From Callorhinchus milii (Eukaryota), in assembly GCF_018977255.1 (NCBI RefSeq), contig NW_024704743.1, forward strand, positions 71,240,001 through 71,304,000: 64,000 bases of DNA, read 5' to 3'. The first letter of the stretch is position 1; every line of letters begins with the position of its first letter. This document shows positions 13,757-26,600 of the stretch, piece after piece. Position numbers and translations under genes: made by a program. A model generated the notes under the pieces. The model was given only the letters and a program-made list of their open reading frames with translations, did not search any database and had not been told where the DNA came from.

Positions 13757-14633
13757 TACTTTTATTAAGAAACAGATAAACAGACTTTCAAGTAATAGCC
13801 AAACTTTGGGGAAAAAACTGTCTGGCGGCCAAAGATAATTTCAGTCAATAACATATAATAATAATCCTTGCATTTGATATAGCATTTTATGTTGAAACAT
13901 CTCAAAGCACATCACAGTTTTCTGTAAAGTGTAATGATTGCATTTTGATGTGGCAGCCAGTTTGCACATCAACATCCCAGGTATAGTTAAGAAATGAATG
14001 ACCTTTTTTTAATCTTGTGGATTGTTGTTCAGGACTCTAAGAGACACTAACTCCTATTTTCAAAGATTCACCTACAAAATACACTTTGAGGTAAACTCCT
14101 GTGAAGCACTTTGAGACATCCTGCTGATGTAAAAGACCTTATTTCAAATAGAAAGATTATTATTATTGCAGTGGGATCTTTAACATCCACTTGAACAAAC
14201 AATTGGGATCTCAGTTTAATGCACTGCAATGGAATGTCAGCCAAGACTATAAGTTCAAACGTGTAAGGCATGAGAAATAATTTTACACTTGTTTATGGAG
14301 GAAGCTAATGATTAAAGTAATTTCAACATGTTCATTACTCGATTTCAGCTGTTGTATCTTTCTATAATGTCAAATTAGTTCAAATGACTCAGATGAAACC
14401 AAATTATGATCAGATCACCTCCTGGCCCAATACTTACTGTCTCCATTGCAAATTCCATTTTTTGCCAAGCCTGCCCTCAGGAAAAGAGTTAAGGAAAATT
14501 TGAAGGAGAAATAAAAATCGGCTTCTGACACAATAATTTCAATATATGTCTAGCCTTTGGGTTAAGGTTACTTTCCTTCTTAGTTAGAAATCATATAGGT
14601 AAGAAGGAACGGTACAAAATTAGCTCTACATAC

Positions 14634-14852
14634 CAATAAACTGAAAGTTAAACATGTATGTTAGGGGAATCTTTGAGGCAGTGATACTGTGGCAGGCTGA
14701 GTTCCAGTGGTGCACTTCACACTGAAAGTCCTGGACTGCATATTCCAGCTGCTTCTGTAGGTGCTCTTCAAATTCAGTTATCTCTTTACTGTAGCATTTA
14801 GTTGTGTAAAAATCTGCTGATAGTCGGACACTTTTTTTTGGGTTGTGATATA
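14634..14852 (-). CDS. ZPBP-like exon 5 (219 nt)
   Basis: VYHNPKKSVRLSADFYTTKCYSKEITEFEEHLQKQLEYAVQDFQCEVHHWNSACHSITASKIPLTYMFNFQFI; ttttag| ... |GTATGT. Confidence 0.92.
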
Positions 14853-16240
14853 CTAAAAAAGAGCAAACAAAACAAATTACAAAATTGTAACCTAATGTTT
14901 TATACAATACAAAATTACATTTGTACAGCGCCTTTCATGTTGGGAGGGCGTCTTATTAGAAGATATGCTAAACCAAATTACAGTAACCAAATACGCAGCT
15001 GATAAATATCACCAAAAAAAAAGGCATGTTACGATAAATATCCACCAAGCAAATTGAAGTTAATCATTCTGGAATACCATAAATTTGAGAGACTTTCTTT
15101 TTTAAAAAGAAAATAAACTTCAGCTTCATAAAAATATTTGTCAAAACCATTGTTTCAATTTTATCTCATTCCTTCCTGAAGATAATTACTTATGCGAGCA
15201 TAGAAAATCAATTGGCATCAGGATGCCTCCTTTGCCCAAGTGGCCATTCTTCATTGTGAGATCGTGACAATCCCCAAAATAAAATTGATCACTCACTCCA
15301 TGACTGTTTGTGGGATATTGCTGTGTGCAAACTGGCTGCTGCGTTTCGCCCACCAAAATACAGTCACTACACTTTACAGTGTATCCCATGAAACACTTTG
15401 AGATGTCTCAATGACGTGATAAGGCGCTATATCAAATGCAAATAGTATTATTATTGTTGTATATGAGTCACAGCAGTCTGTTCGCCTGAAGAGCTATCAC
15501 ATTTGAGCCCATTTCTATCCTTACCTGAGGACTTTATCTTCTAAAACCCCCCTTCTTATTAAATTCGGTATTTGTGATAGTGGGGTAAGAAGCGCAGGTG
15601 ATAGTGATAATGTGGTAAGAAGTGCAGCATCAGGAGAAAATGTTTCGTGTTGTTGAGACTACTGTTTACAAGATTCCGAAATTGGGCTGTTGTCCAACAA
15701 AGGTCCCCCCACCACATAACTGATAATTTCTGACTTGTCTTATTGTCATGAGTGAAATTGCACTCTGTGCACTGATCTTGCTCTATGGCGGCTAATACGA
15801 GGTATTAATAATCATAATAATAATCCTTATATTTGTAGTGCTTTCGGGAGTGCGTCCCAAAGAGCTTCACAGGATATACTGTAAAGTGCAGTGACTGTGT
15901 GTTTGTGGGTGAACGCAACAGGCAATTTGGGCACAGCATTGTCCCGCAAACAGCCATGAAGTAAATGACCAAATTTATTTGGGGCATTGCTGGCCAGGAC
16001 ACCAGTAAAAACTAATTTCTCGATTGGAGAACACGTAGTTGTTCATTTTCCATTTTTAATGTAATAGGAAAATGTCTTGAAATGTTTTACAGAGATAATA
16101 ATAATAATGCTTGCATCTGATATAGTGCCTTACCACATCTTCGAGACATCTCAAAGCAATTCACCGAATATACTGTAAAGTGAATTGAACTGTTTATTTT
16201 CTGGGCGAAACATAAGCGATTTGAGAAGCAAGGAGGATAG

Positions 16241-16500
16241 TAATAATAATAATAATAATCCTTGCATTTGATATAGCGCTTTTCACGTCGGGAGGACGTC
16301 CCAAAGCGCTTCACAGAACACACTGTAAAGTGAATTGACTGTATATTTGTGGGCGAACGCGGCAGCCAATTGCGCACAGCAATGTCCCACAAACAGTCGT
16401 AGATTGAAAATGACCAATTTAATTATTGTTTTTAGTTTTGGAGGGATTATTATTAGGCGTGTGGAGTAAGGAAACTTGCCCAAGGTTTCGCCCTGCCTGG
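16241..16500 (-). mobile_element. Young SINE (short subfamily), head-truncated
   Basis: Near-identical to 58811-59138 over its length. Confidence 0.88.
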
Positions 16501-17399
16501 AGTAAGGAGTTAAACAAAGGCATGATCAAAGAGGGCAAATTTTAAAAAGGGTTTTGAAAACAGGGAGGGATGATGTGAGGCAGAGATTTTGAGAAGAACT
16601 CAAGAGTATGTGTGGGGGGGATGGGTGGGACAAGTTATGGTTGAGATGGCACAATGTAAAGTGTTTCTTTAAGAAACATATGTTCACTTGAAGGATGGCC
16701 TTGTTCCTGTAATTGCTATTATGAAATCATTGTTTCCAAAATAATTAACGTTTTCTGTGTTCCAAACACGGTTATTAATGGAAAAAGATAAGGGATACAT
16801 TTGTAAGCTAGAGAATACGCACAGATAAGAGCAGTCTGACTTTGCCTAAAACTGACAAGTTGCCAATGGAAACAACAAGAGATATTGAATGCACCAGAGA
16901 GAACTACATGCAAGTAACTACAATGGTGGCTTGTAAAACATTTACAGCAATTGGATTGCTTGAAACTGAATCCTGCACTTCACTCCCTACAAAAACAATC
17001 ACTACACTTTACAGTATATCATCTGAAGCACTTTGAGATATCCTTCCAATGTGAAAGGTGCTATACCAAATGCAGTGATAATAATGTTTATTATGATTAT
17101 TATTCAAGGCCAGTGTTTCTGGATGAAGCAATTCAAGGTGACCTTCCTCTATCCTTGCCTTAATTATATAACTTTACAAATCTTCCAACCTTTGCTATTT
17201 CTCATTCACTTACAACACATTTCAATTGACACTTCTAAAGCGACTTTCATGTCAGGAGGAACATCCCAAAGCACTTGGCAATTCTGGCTGAGCTGAGGGT
17301 GGGAGAATTGGGTTACTTATTATTATTAATTATTGTTATTCACTACTCAACTTTGCCACAGTTGAGCGTACAGCTACCCTGCTTCTGCCCTCTTTCAAA

Positions 17400-17900
17400 T
17401 TCACCTAATTTGTTACCAGTTCCTTTTTTCTTTGGTAACCAGTTGTCTGACACATGTTGCAACCCATTACCATGCTTAAGAGTATCCACACCAAACTGAG
17501 AGTTTCAAGTATGCTACCTAATCATTGAAATGACTGTGTTTGGAGTGGAATGTGCACTCGGTCCCTAGAAGGCCGCATCAGGCGTACCTAATTATTTATT
17601 AGAGTAACAGGAGCAGGTTAGCAAGACTTGGCGCCCCGAATTACATTGGGGTCTTGCTGAAGTTCAACCAGCCAAAAAACACGCAGCTTGGCATTGAAAG
17701 CAATATCTGGTAAGTTTCTGTTACTTGTCCAGTAAGAGCCACACTACCCATTAGGGCTTCGGGTTACAGGGAGCTGAGAAGGAAGAATCTGTGCTCCCAA
17801 TGACTGGTCTGCCTTTCCATGTTTTGCCGATGAACCAGGCTGCTGGGCTGTCACCAGCTGTGTGCTGGAGTACTGCGGACCCACCTGGCTCAGGACCTAC
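17400..17900 (+). repeat. Unclassified old interspersed repeat (copy 1)
   Basis: Collinear with 31110-31560 (TTGGTA.CCAG.TGTCTGACACAT...GGAATG.CAC...AGGGCTT.GG.TT.CAG); partial copies at ~22870-22920 and ~26830-26930. Confidence 0.65.
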
Positions 17901-18179
17901 ACTAGCGAGACTCCATTCTGCCATGCCGAGCAGGTCATCTTGGAGCCAGTTTCCTCCAAAGAGACCTTGCTTACTCCAAGAGCATCCTTGCTTTCAAAAG
18001 CCTCCGAAAATCATACCTCTGACTGTGGCTTTGGCTAACCTCTTTAAACCTCTAGTATTACTGAGACTTGAGACTTCTTATTTTACATTTGATTCCTAGA
18101 AAAATGCACAAAACAACATTGCAGAATCAATATTATCTGGCTATCACTGAACTGAGTATTTCCTCGATGAATTATATTA

Positions 18180-18920
18180 GATATCAGGAACAAAGGCAAA
18201 CGGGAGTAGGAGGGGGTCACTCAGCACATCCAGCCTATTCCGCCTGTTTATTAGACTTGACAGATCTTTCCGTTGTTTAAGTCTTTTTACCATCCCAATG
18301 CTCTGCCCTTTTGCCATACCCATTAATACCTCTAAGGCTGAATGACTACTACTGATAACATTAAACATCTATTTATCTCTCTTTAAATATCTCCATTGAT
18401 TCCACCACTATAGCTTTCTGGGAGAGCATGTCCACATCTTCACAACCCTCTGTGTGAAGAAATGTTTCCTGGCCTTAGGTTTAATTATCGGATCTGATTT
18501 TAAGGTTATGCTTTCTTGTAATAGACCTGTTTATCAAATGGAGATCATTCACTATCTAACCTGTCAATTCCTTTCATTGTTTTAAATAACTCAATCAAAT
18601 CATCCTTTAACAGTCTCTGCAACAAGCGATTATAACCCCAACCTACCCAGCCTCTCATTATAAGGTGTCCCATCAGCATAATTTAGTGAACAATCACTGG
18701 ACACTCTTCATGGCTAAGATTAGGCAGTCAAAACTGAATACAGTATTTCAAATGAGGGCTGACCAGCTTTCTATACAGCTTGGAGAAGCACTTCCATACT
18801 TTATATTCTAGACCTTTTGTAGTAAATGCCAGTATCCCTTTTGCTTTATTGACTGCTTTCCACACCTGCAAATTAGATTTTAATGATCTATAATCTTGAA
18901 CCATTAGATCTTTGCCCATC
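18180..18920 (-). mobile_element. CR1 LINE 3' fragment, decayed
   Basis: KAVNKAKGILAF..GLEYK..LYRKLVSPHLKYCIQF (CR1 ORF2 C-terminus). Confidence 0.8.
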
Positions 18921-20029
18921 TATTCCTCCCTGTGCTTCTCCATTTAGAACATTTGCAACTGCTATTCTTCCATCCCAGGTGTATTATTACATTTTATATC
19001 CTACTTGTTTCAAATTACAGAGCGGTTTTACTGTTATCTTCTTGGAATTATTGTCTGTTTTTTTTGCCTCCTTCAAAGAGATTAAACAATGTAAGATAGT
19101 CAGTAGAAAAAAAAATGTGCATGGTTCCTTGGAAGGATCAAACTAAAGAGCCAAATAACCATCTCTTACTTCATTCTTTGTAATGTCCTTACTTTATTGA
19201 ATGATACCAAGTATTAATATGTTGTAAAAGCCAGAATATAGATAAGGAGCTCATGCCACAACTCTGTTTTTGCATCATTATCTGCCCATTATTGATGAAT
19301 AATTCAGTAAGTTTTATGCATTCATACTAGGGCCATAATGTTATTAAGGTCTAGGCATGAAAATTACCTGCTATAAAGTTATTATCTGCATAGTACTTTC
19401 GTATTGGAAGGCAATAATTACATAATCTGTAAAAATAAAAAAGGTCACAAGCTATTCTGAATTGCTAAATCATTAAAAGCTATATGAACTATTCCCCAGT
19501 GCACATGTGTCCTAGAAAGATTTATATTGATGGATGACATTAATTGTACATTACATTTGCATTTGACAAAGTTGCCAATGAAGCATTAAATTGAAGGAAA
19601 TGGTCACTGACTCTCAAAAACAGTTTTCTTTTGCTTCAGGCAGAGACCTGAAATGTTTTCATGACCCTTGTCTTAAAAGCATGGTATTAAAATTTAAGAT
19701 CAGACAGAAATTTTGAAATGTTTTAACTTGGACGCCAGTTTTCTTCTGTTCCTTATCCAAATTGTTCTGGGAACTTTAGAACTATATTAAAACCCTTGTG
19801 TGTGTGTGTGCTTGTGTGTGTGTTGTACAATGCAAAAGTAATTTAAGAAAAATCAAAATACGGTGCCTGAGATTGTTATTTTTACTATTTCTTCCCCTTT
19901 GTAGGTCCCACACCACGTATCATGCACCAGCTAGCACAGCAAAAAGTTCATTTGCTCCTACGTCTGTATTCTCTAACTAGCTGACAGCACGAGGACATGT
20001 AATAAAAAATAATNAAAAAAAATAAAAAA

Positions 20030-20208
20030 AATTGGTCATTTTCAATCTACGACATGTGGGACATTGCTGTGCGCAATTGGCTGCCGCGTTCGCCCACAAA
20101 TATACAGTCAATTCACTTTACAGTGTGTTCTGTGAAGCGCTTTGGGACGTCCTCCCGACGTGAAAAGCGCTATATCAAATGCAAGGATTATTATTATTAT
20201 TATTATTA
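20030..20208 (+). mobile_element. SINE 3' half next to an assembly N at 20014
   Basis: Deu-like core plus a (TTA)n tail identical to the young subfamily. Confidence 0.85.
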
Positions 20209-20755
20209 TGTACAATACTAGTCTGGATAAATTCTATCAATTTTCTTTCCACTTTGCTAATAGTATAGGGGAAACCCCTCTGTAGAAAAATGATGATGCA
20301 AACCCAAAACATTGTGGCTTCTTAAGAGACAGTCTATCAAGAAGCTATCAACACTAAGTGTAGAAGAACTTCTAACAAATAGAACTAACTAAGGTCTAGG
20401 CATGAAAATTACCTGCAATTACCTGGAACTAAATGTTCAGTTTTGTTACGTTTGGAACAAACATAATGGACATTATTCTCAGGCCTTTGTGTTAAATCTC
20501 TCTTTTTGTTAGATGCTGATTGAGCTGCTGTGCATTTCCAGCATTTGCTGTTTTTAATTTCAGATTCCCAGCCTTTCATGGCTTTGCTTTTTGCTATGGT
20601 CACCTCCCCCTCTTTTACTCAGCATCCGAGCCTACCAGCGTTCCAACATGAAGGGGTGCTGTATAAATTCAAGTTGCTGTTTTGTTAGAAATGAGGTTAA
20701 GAAATAAAACAAATGTATTCGAGCTGTCTTCATTATGAAAACGTGTCATACCTAC

Positions 20756-20899
20756 CATAGACTGTATACCTGACCATTGTTGTTATTGCTCTCCGGTTTA
20801 TTACATATGTCAGGTTGCAGGTGTAATTTCCAGAATCAACAACATAAACAGTGTCAAACACCAGGTTTCCATTCTCTGTGAATATAAATCTCTGAGAAT
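20756..20899 (-). CDS. ZPBP-like exon 4 (144 nt; Ig-like C-half)
   Basis: DSQRFIFTENGNLVFDTVYVVDSGNYTCNLTYVINRRAITTMVRYTVY; DxGxYxC Ig motif. Confidence 0.93.
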
Positions 20900-21965
20900 C
20901 TAAATAAAAAAATACAATAGGTACATCATTGAAACAAAGACTGTCAATAGTCATGAAAGAAATAACTTGTGCACATGTATAAGCTACCACACTTGTAAAG
21001 TCAGGACCACTGTCACAGAAACAACTATTCAGCCCAACTAGTCCGTGTCCGTATCTATACTCCACACAAACTCCCGCCCCCTCCTATTCCCCTCACTATA
21101 CCTCTCTATTCCCTTTTCTCTCATGGATGCATTAAGTTTTCTCTTAAATGCATTGATGCTTTTTCCTTCAACTATTGCTTCTGGCAGTGACTTCCACATG
21201 ATTACCATCTTCAGCACCTTGGGACGTCCCTCCGACGTGAAAGGAGTTATATAAATATAATTTTGTTGTTGTCGGAGGCGACGGGTGCTATCAACTAAGC
21301 CATACTGACACTTAACAGTAGATCTTCCTGAATTTATGAAAACTGATGCAACAAGGTATATCTCAAAATGTTCTTCTTAACTGCGCTTTTGGTCATCTTT
21401 TCCCCTCCCTACCCCCTCGGCATTCTCAGCAGTTTAAAGTCAAGTTGATAGATGTTGTACTCAAAGCTTTGCAGATAACAGTTGTCACTTTTCACTGTAT
21501 TTATTCAGCAGCTGCTTTTCATACATACCAGCTGCTGAATATATATAACCTCAATGATAGCCATTGCTGGAAAGATCATGGTTCCTTCAATGTTACTAAA
21601 ATGTAATGCATCCAACATTATTTCTCATTGTGCATTTGAATTATTTTTCTATTCAATTTAAAGAGGACTGCAAAAACTACATTAAACGTCGTGTTGTGAG
21701 AATCAGCACCTCACTGCTATCATTGCTATTCAGGCTGTCAGTGTTCAAAAGGCAAGATGTACCTTACAAATTGTTGTGAAAAACATTTGTTAATGTTTAA
21801 CTTCCATGTCTTTCAGAATTTGTACAATATTTGAGATATTTCAAACAGAAAACAATTGTATCTTGGTGATATTTAAACTTAAAGGGAGGAGCAATGGGAG
21901 ATGAAAAGATAATACTGTGGTGAGAAGATAGAAAATAGAGAAATACAATTTCCACCTTTAGGTAC

Positions 21966-22091
21966 CTTTAGTGATTTTTCCTTTTGGGCCAATCCACTGA
22001 TACTTTGGGTCCACGAGACTTTGAGACAACAGTTGCTTGGTTATACACTGCAGTGTTTGACCCACAGCGTAAATGTGAAAGAACACTGCAA
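21966..22091 (-). CDS. ZPBP-like exon 3 (126 nt; Ig-like N-half)
   Basis: VAVFFHIYAVGQTLQCITKQLLSQSLVDPKYQWIGPKGKITK; ttctag| ... |GTACCT. Confidence 0.92.
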
Positions 22092-23483
22092 CTAGAAAAT
22101 GAAGAAGGATTTCGGTAAATTAAAATTCTGAATAATTTAAAGAGATTCACAACTTGGTCAATGATAAAATAAACCATATACCGGCCTCGCAGAGTAACAC
22201 TGGTAATTTTGTGAAAGTATGGGCGAAAATACGCCATGTGATATCATCACCATTGACATTGACATCAGCCAAAAATGCAGTCAAAAGTTGTCAATAGTTA
22301 TTTCTGGCCTCAGGGATTACACTTCTGGTCCAATAATATCACCTGCCTGACTTCCTTCCCCATTCCCATGCATGAACATTTACAATTATATTTAGTATTT
22401 AGTTCCCTCTTTATTATTATTCTATAATCGGAAATGTTTATTCTGCATTTCTTTGATCATTTATGGGACCTCAGCTCCAAAATCTTGAAAGAAAGATTTG
22501 TTATTGAATAATGTATTTCTGTCTTATTGAATCCTTTCACAACATTTCATCTTGGCAGGCTTGGGGACTCTGGACTGTGTATTGATATACTAATGATTTT
22601 AACCACCTAAAACTGCATAGCTTGTCAATGCGAACATAGTCTGACAAGCTTCCCATTGTTAGTCCAGCTAACAACAGCAATAACTTGTATTTATATACCC
22701 CCTCAAGCGGGGTAGCTTCCCAAAGCGCTTGACAGTGGTGAAGCATGACTCCGAGGTGACCATAGGCATGACTGAAAAGGAATGTTTTCAGGCTGCGACC
22801 TGAAGAATTGGAAGGAGGGCACAAGACAGAGGGATAGAGGAACAGTGTTCCAGAGCTAGGACCATCCAATTCATTAGAGCTTTGGCTTTGCAGGGTGAAC
22901 AGAAGCCAAGTGGGAAAAATCTCTTCTCCTCAAAAAATACTGATCACTTACCCAATTTCCATGTCTTATAATATGAATGTGATATAAAAATAATTAGATA
23001 AATTCCAGATGAAAATTATATTTTTTCAGCCAAATCCAGAAGTTCTAGATAGGTTCCAGGGACTGAAAATCAACAAATGAGTGGGATAGAGACATGAGAG
23101 ATAAGGCAGGAATTTTGTCAAGCTCTGACAGACATTTTGAGGAAGTTATTCAATGCCAAGGAAGTTGTGACTGACAGACTGAGAAGAAGCAAATGTGGTT
23201 CCTATATTTATAAAAGGTGACAGAACCATGACTGGCAACTAGAGACTTTGCCTCAATCATTGGAAAAGGAACAAAATCAATTCTTACAAGCCAAATGGAA
23301 GATTACCAAATGAAAATAATCTTATGAATGACAGACAACACAGCTTAGAAGAGATTGATTGTGTCTGATCAACCTGATAAGCATTACAACAAATTTGACA
23401 ACTATTTATTGCAGAATATGCTATCATTAAGAGAAAACTGTGATAAGGTTACGCTTTAATATGATTCTGCAAGTTTGCCTTAC

Positions 23484-23630
23484 CAGTGGTTCCTGATTCA
23501 CCAATGATTTCTGAAGTAAATGTTGATGGTGAGTTTGGCACCCGTCTCTGGACATTATCACTATAAGCGCGCTTCATTCTTGAATTCCTTTTTTGCAAAC
23601 ACTGCTCAGAGGGTTTCTGAAAGAGGTTTC
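23484..23630 (-). CDS. ZPBP-like exon 2 (147 nt; pro-region with RMKR)
   Basis: GNLFQKPSEQCLQKRNSRMKRAYSDNVQRRVPNSPSTFTSEIIGESGTT; phase 1-1; donor G|GTAAGG; the acceptor is weaker and was chosen by phase. Confidence 0.7.
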
Positions 23631-26600
23631 CTGCCCATTCAGAATTTGAGGAGAACACGTATCAATTCATTTAGAAACTCTATATGAAAATGCATTTATT
23701 GGCATATTTGCAAAAATGCTTATTGAGCTAATTACATTAGGACATAAGCATATAGAATATAGAAAAATAAAATTCAGCATGTTCCTCTCAGGAAAATTAT
23801 AATCAAACCTGCCAATAGCTTTTGGTACAGCGTGTTCAAGAAGTTGTAACTATGGTAGTGTTAGTTCTAAACAAGATAAACTCCCAGTTGGAACTGAGGG
23901 AAGGAAGCATTCTTCACACAGAGGGTTGTAAATGAACAGACAAGCTAGTGCTCTTCTGTCTTGAGAGAAGATATCTCAGAATGCACTTTATAGAGTGTAT
24001 AAAATTTTTAATTGGACTGAAAAGGTAAACTCAGATCAATACTGTTGTAGGACAAATGCAGCCGACATAACTTGATTCAGACTTTGCTAAAAATGGTTCT
24101 TCGAAAGTGCTTGGAATGGACAACATTATTTAGTGTGATTAAAGAGGCTGTTGTGTTTTTCACAAATTTTATTAAGAGGATTAGATAAGATTTACAAGTG
24201 TGCTCATATTATGGTGACATAAAATAATTCTGGTAGCTTGTTGAGAACAACTTGGATTTACATAGTGCCCTCCACGCCAGATGGCGTCTCAGAGTGCTTG
24301 ACACTACAGAGGTGTAAGGTGCATGAAATATATACGCCTATACTAAATCGAGTACATTAACTCTGAACAAATTTCATGTTTAGTGCAAAACTCCAGTGAA
24401 TGCAAATTATGTTTTCAAAATTGTGCTGTGAAGTGACAGTACACTATCCAATTATAAAGTCAAGCTGTGTTAAATGGTTTAGTCTATCAATAACCTCTGG
24501 TAAATTGATATTTCCAATTTATAATTACTGGTTTTAAATATACAGTAGCCCCTGGGTTACATATAGAGTAATATTATTTTGTTCAGACTACTGCGTCATT
24601 ATGGCTTTGATGCCCTCATTCATTATGCTGGTAATGAGCATCTCGAGCCAGTAATGGCTATAGTGGTTGAACAAAATAACGTCTGAATAATGTTATCTGT
24701 TATTAATCTGATATATTCACTAAAGCAATGCATTACACATGACTACACTGCCTTATTTTTTGGATGTGCTTTATTCTCTGAAAGTAAGATCAATCGTTCA
24801 ATCAATAGAACAGAATCCTGCTGCCACTTTACTGCATAAAATTGCTTCAGGAGTCGTGTAATAGGATTCTGCGTGACAAAATGCTTAATGTTCTTGCCCT
24901 TAAGATATTTGTCTTAATATGTCACTCTTTGATTTGGAGACTAGTTTTGCTCAGATTTTTTTTTAGACTTGCAGAAAACAAACTTTCAAATTAAGACTGA
25001 ATTTAAATTTTATGATCTTATTTTTTTGATCTTAAAGACAAAGATCTTAAGGCTGAATCCATGCTTCCAGGTTTACGGCTATACATTATCACACAAATGA
25101 GTTCCCAATCTCAAATAATAATTAGTTGCATTTTCCCTTTGAGATGCTATGACAACGTGTTATGGTGCTATATCAAATACAAGATTTATTGTTAAAACAA
25201 TGTTCTGTCTCACTTTCTATTGCCACTTTTGTAATGAGTGTTCCTCAGTAGTTAAAGCTTTCACCATAGTGAATAGTTTGCCTACTTCAACTGTCTTATT
25301 CTTGAAAACTTCATTTAGGTCACCTCAGTGACTTCTTTTTTCTAAAGAGAACAAGCCAACTCCATTGATCTTTTCTCACAATTTTAATATAAATTTACAT
25401 CTAGTAAAGTACTAGCTAAAAGTGGCATTTTGTGAGTAGACAATACAAAAGTATTATTTTGAGAATAGTGACTGACAGGTACCAAATACAAATAGAAAAA
25501 GAGAGTTAAAGAGGTAGAAAACAGGTTAAAAAAAAGAGATCTGCATCCTTACCAAATAAATACTCAAATATCCAAAGATCTGATTTGAGCAAAAATTAAG
25601 TGACTATCAACAACATTCACTTTTTCAGATTGATAGAAAGAAATGAGTTTCACTTAAATCAACCTCACAGCACAATTTGGGTGACTCATACTTCATACAT
25701 GTAACAATAGTGAGTGGGAATGTTTAATATAGATAAAGAATAATACCCTTTTAATTTCCAGTGGCACTGTAGACATCCATCCAATGGTCACTGCAAATTT
25801 TAAATGCAATATGAGCAAGCAGTGTTCATCACTAAACCAATAAAACCCTAATGCATGTACATTTGCTGAAATTGCCAGCTCTTTAATGTGCCCTGCAGGA
25901 CTCCTTTGTGACACTGTACACAATTGCTCGCTGTACTCTCTCAAACACTATGGACAAGTTCCATTGTCTCTACGTTTGTTCAGACTGTTTCATTGACCGG
26001 ACACAGTAAAACAAATGATTGACTCTGGCATAGTTCTTAAGGGATAAACCATATAATTCAGCTTCATTGATTCATCATATTAATTTACAGTATCATTTGT
26101 CACCTTAATTATATTGCCCAGATGTAAAATGCAGTGCAGCTCAAACTCTTTGCCTATCACACTACAGTGTGAGTGAGCCGACCCAAAGGAGTGCTAGAAG
26201 GAATAATGTTATACAAATGAATGGAGAAGTTTCATGACTGGTGCTATTAAACATCTAATTAGCTACACTACGTCCCTGAAAATAATATAAGGACATGACA
26301 CATAATAACCCCATTATTCAGGGTTGCTATTAGCATATCAGAGGAACGTTTGCCCTTGAATTATTCAAAATAAACCAGACCATCCTAACTTTTATGGTGT
26401 CTCATTTATACATGACTTTGTACTTATTCTGCTATTTTACATCCAAACCAATATCAAAATCAAAACCTAATTCCTCAAACCCATTGCAGCCTCTCACTCA
26501 TGTACAAATCACTTCACCTGGCACGCCCCTACCTTTCTAAAGTGCTTACTCTTCAGCTGGCTCCGGCCTCCTGCATGTCCCTTATCCCCTCCAATTCACT

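Noticed and set aside
14438..14477. Candidate ZPBP-like exon 6 with a GTAAGT donor (GQAWQKMEFAMET)
   Set aside because: It lacks the conserved cysteines; 12429-12508 fits phase and family pattern far better
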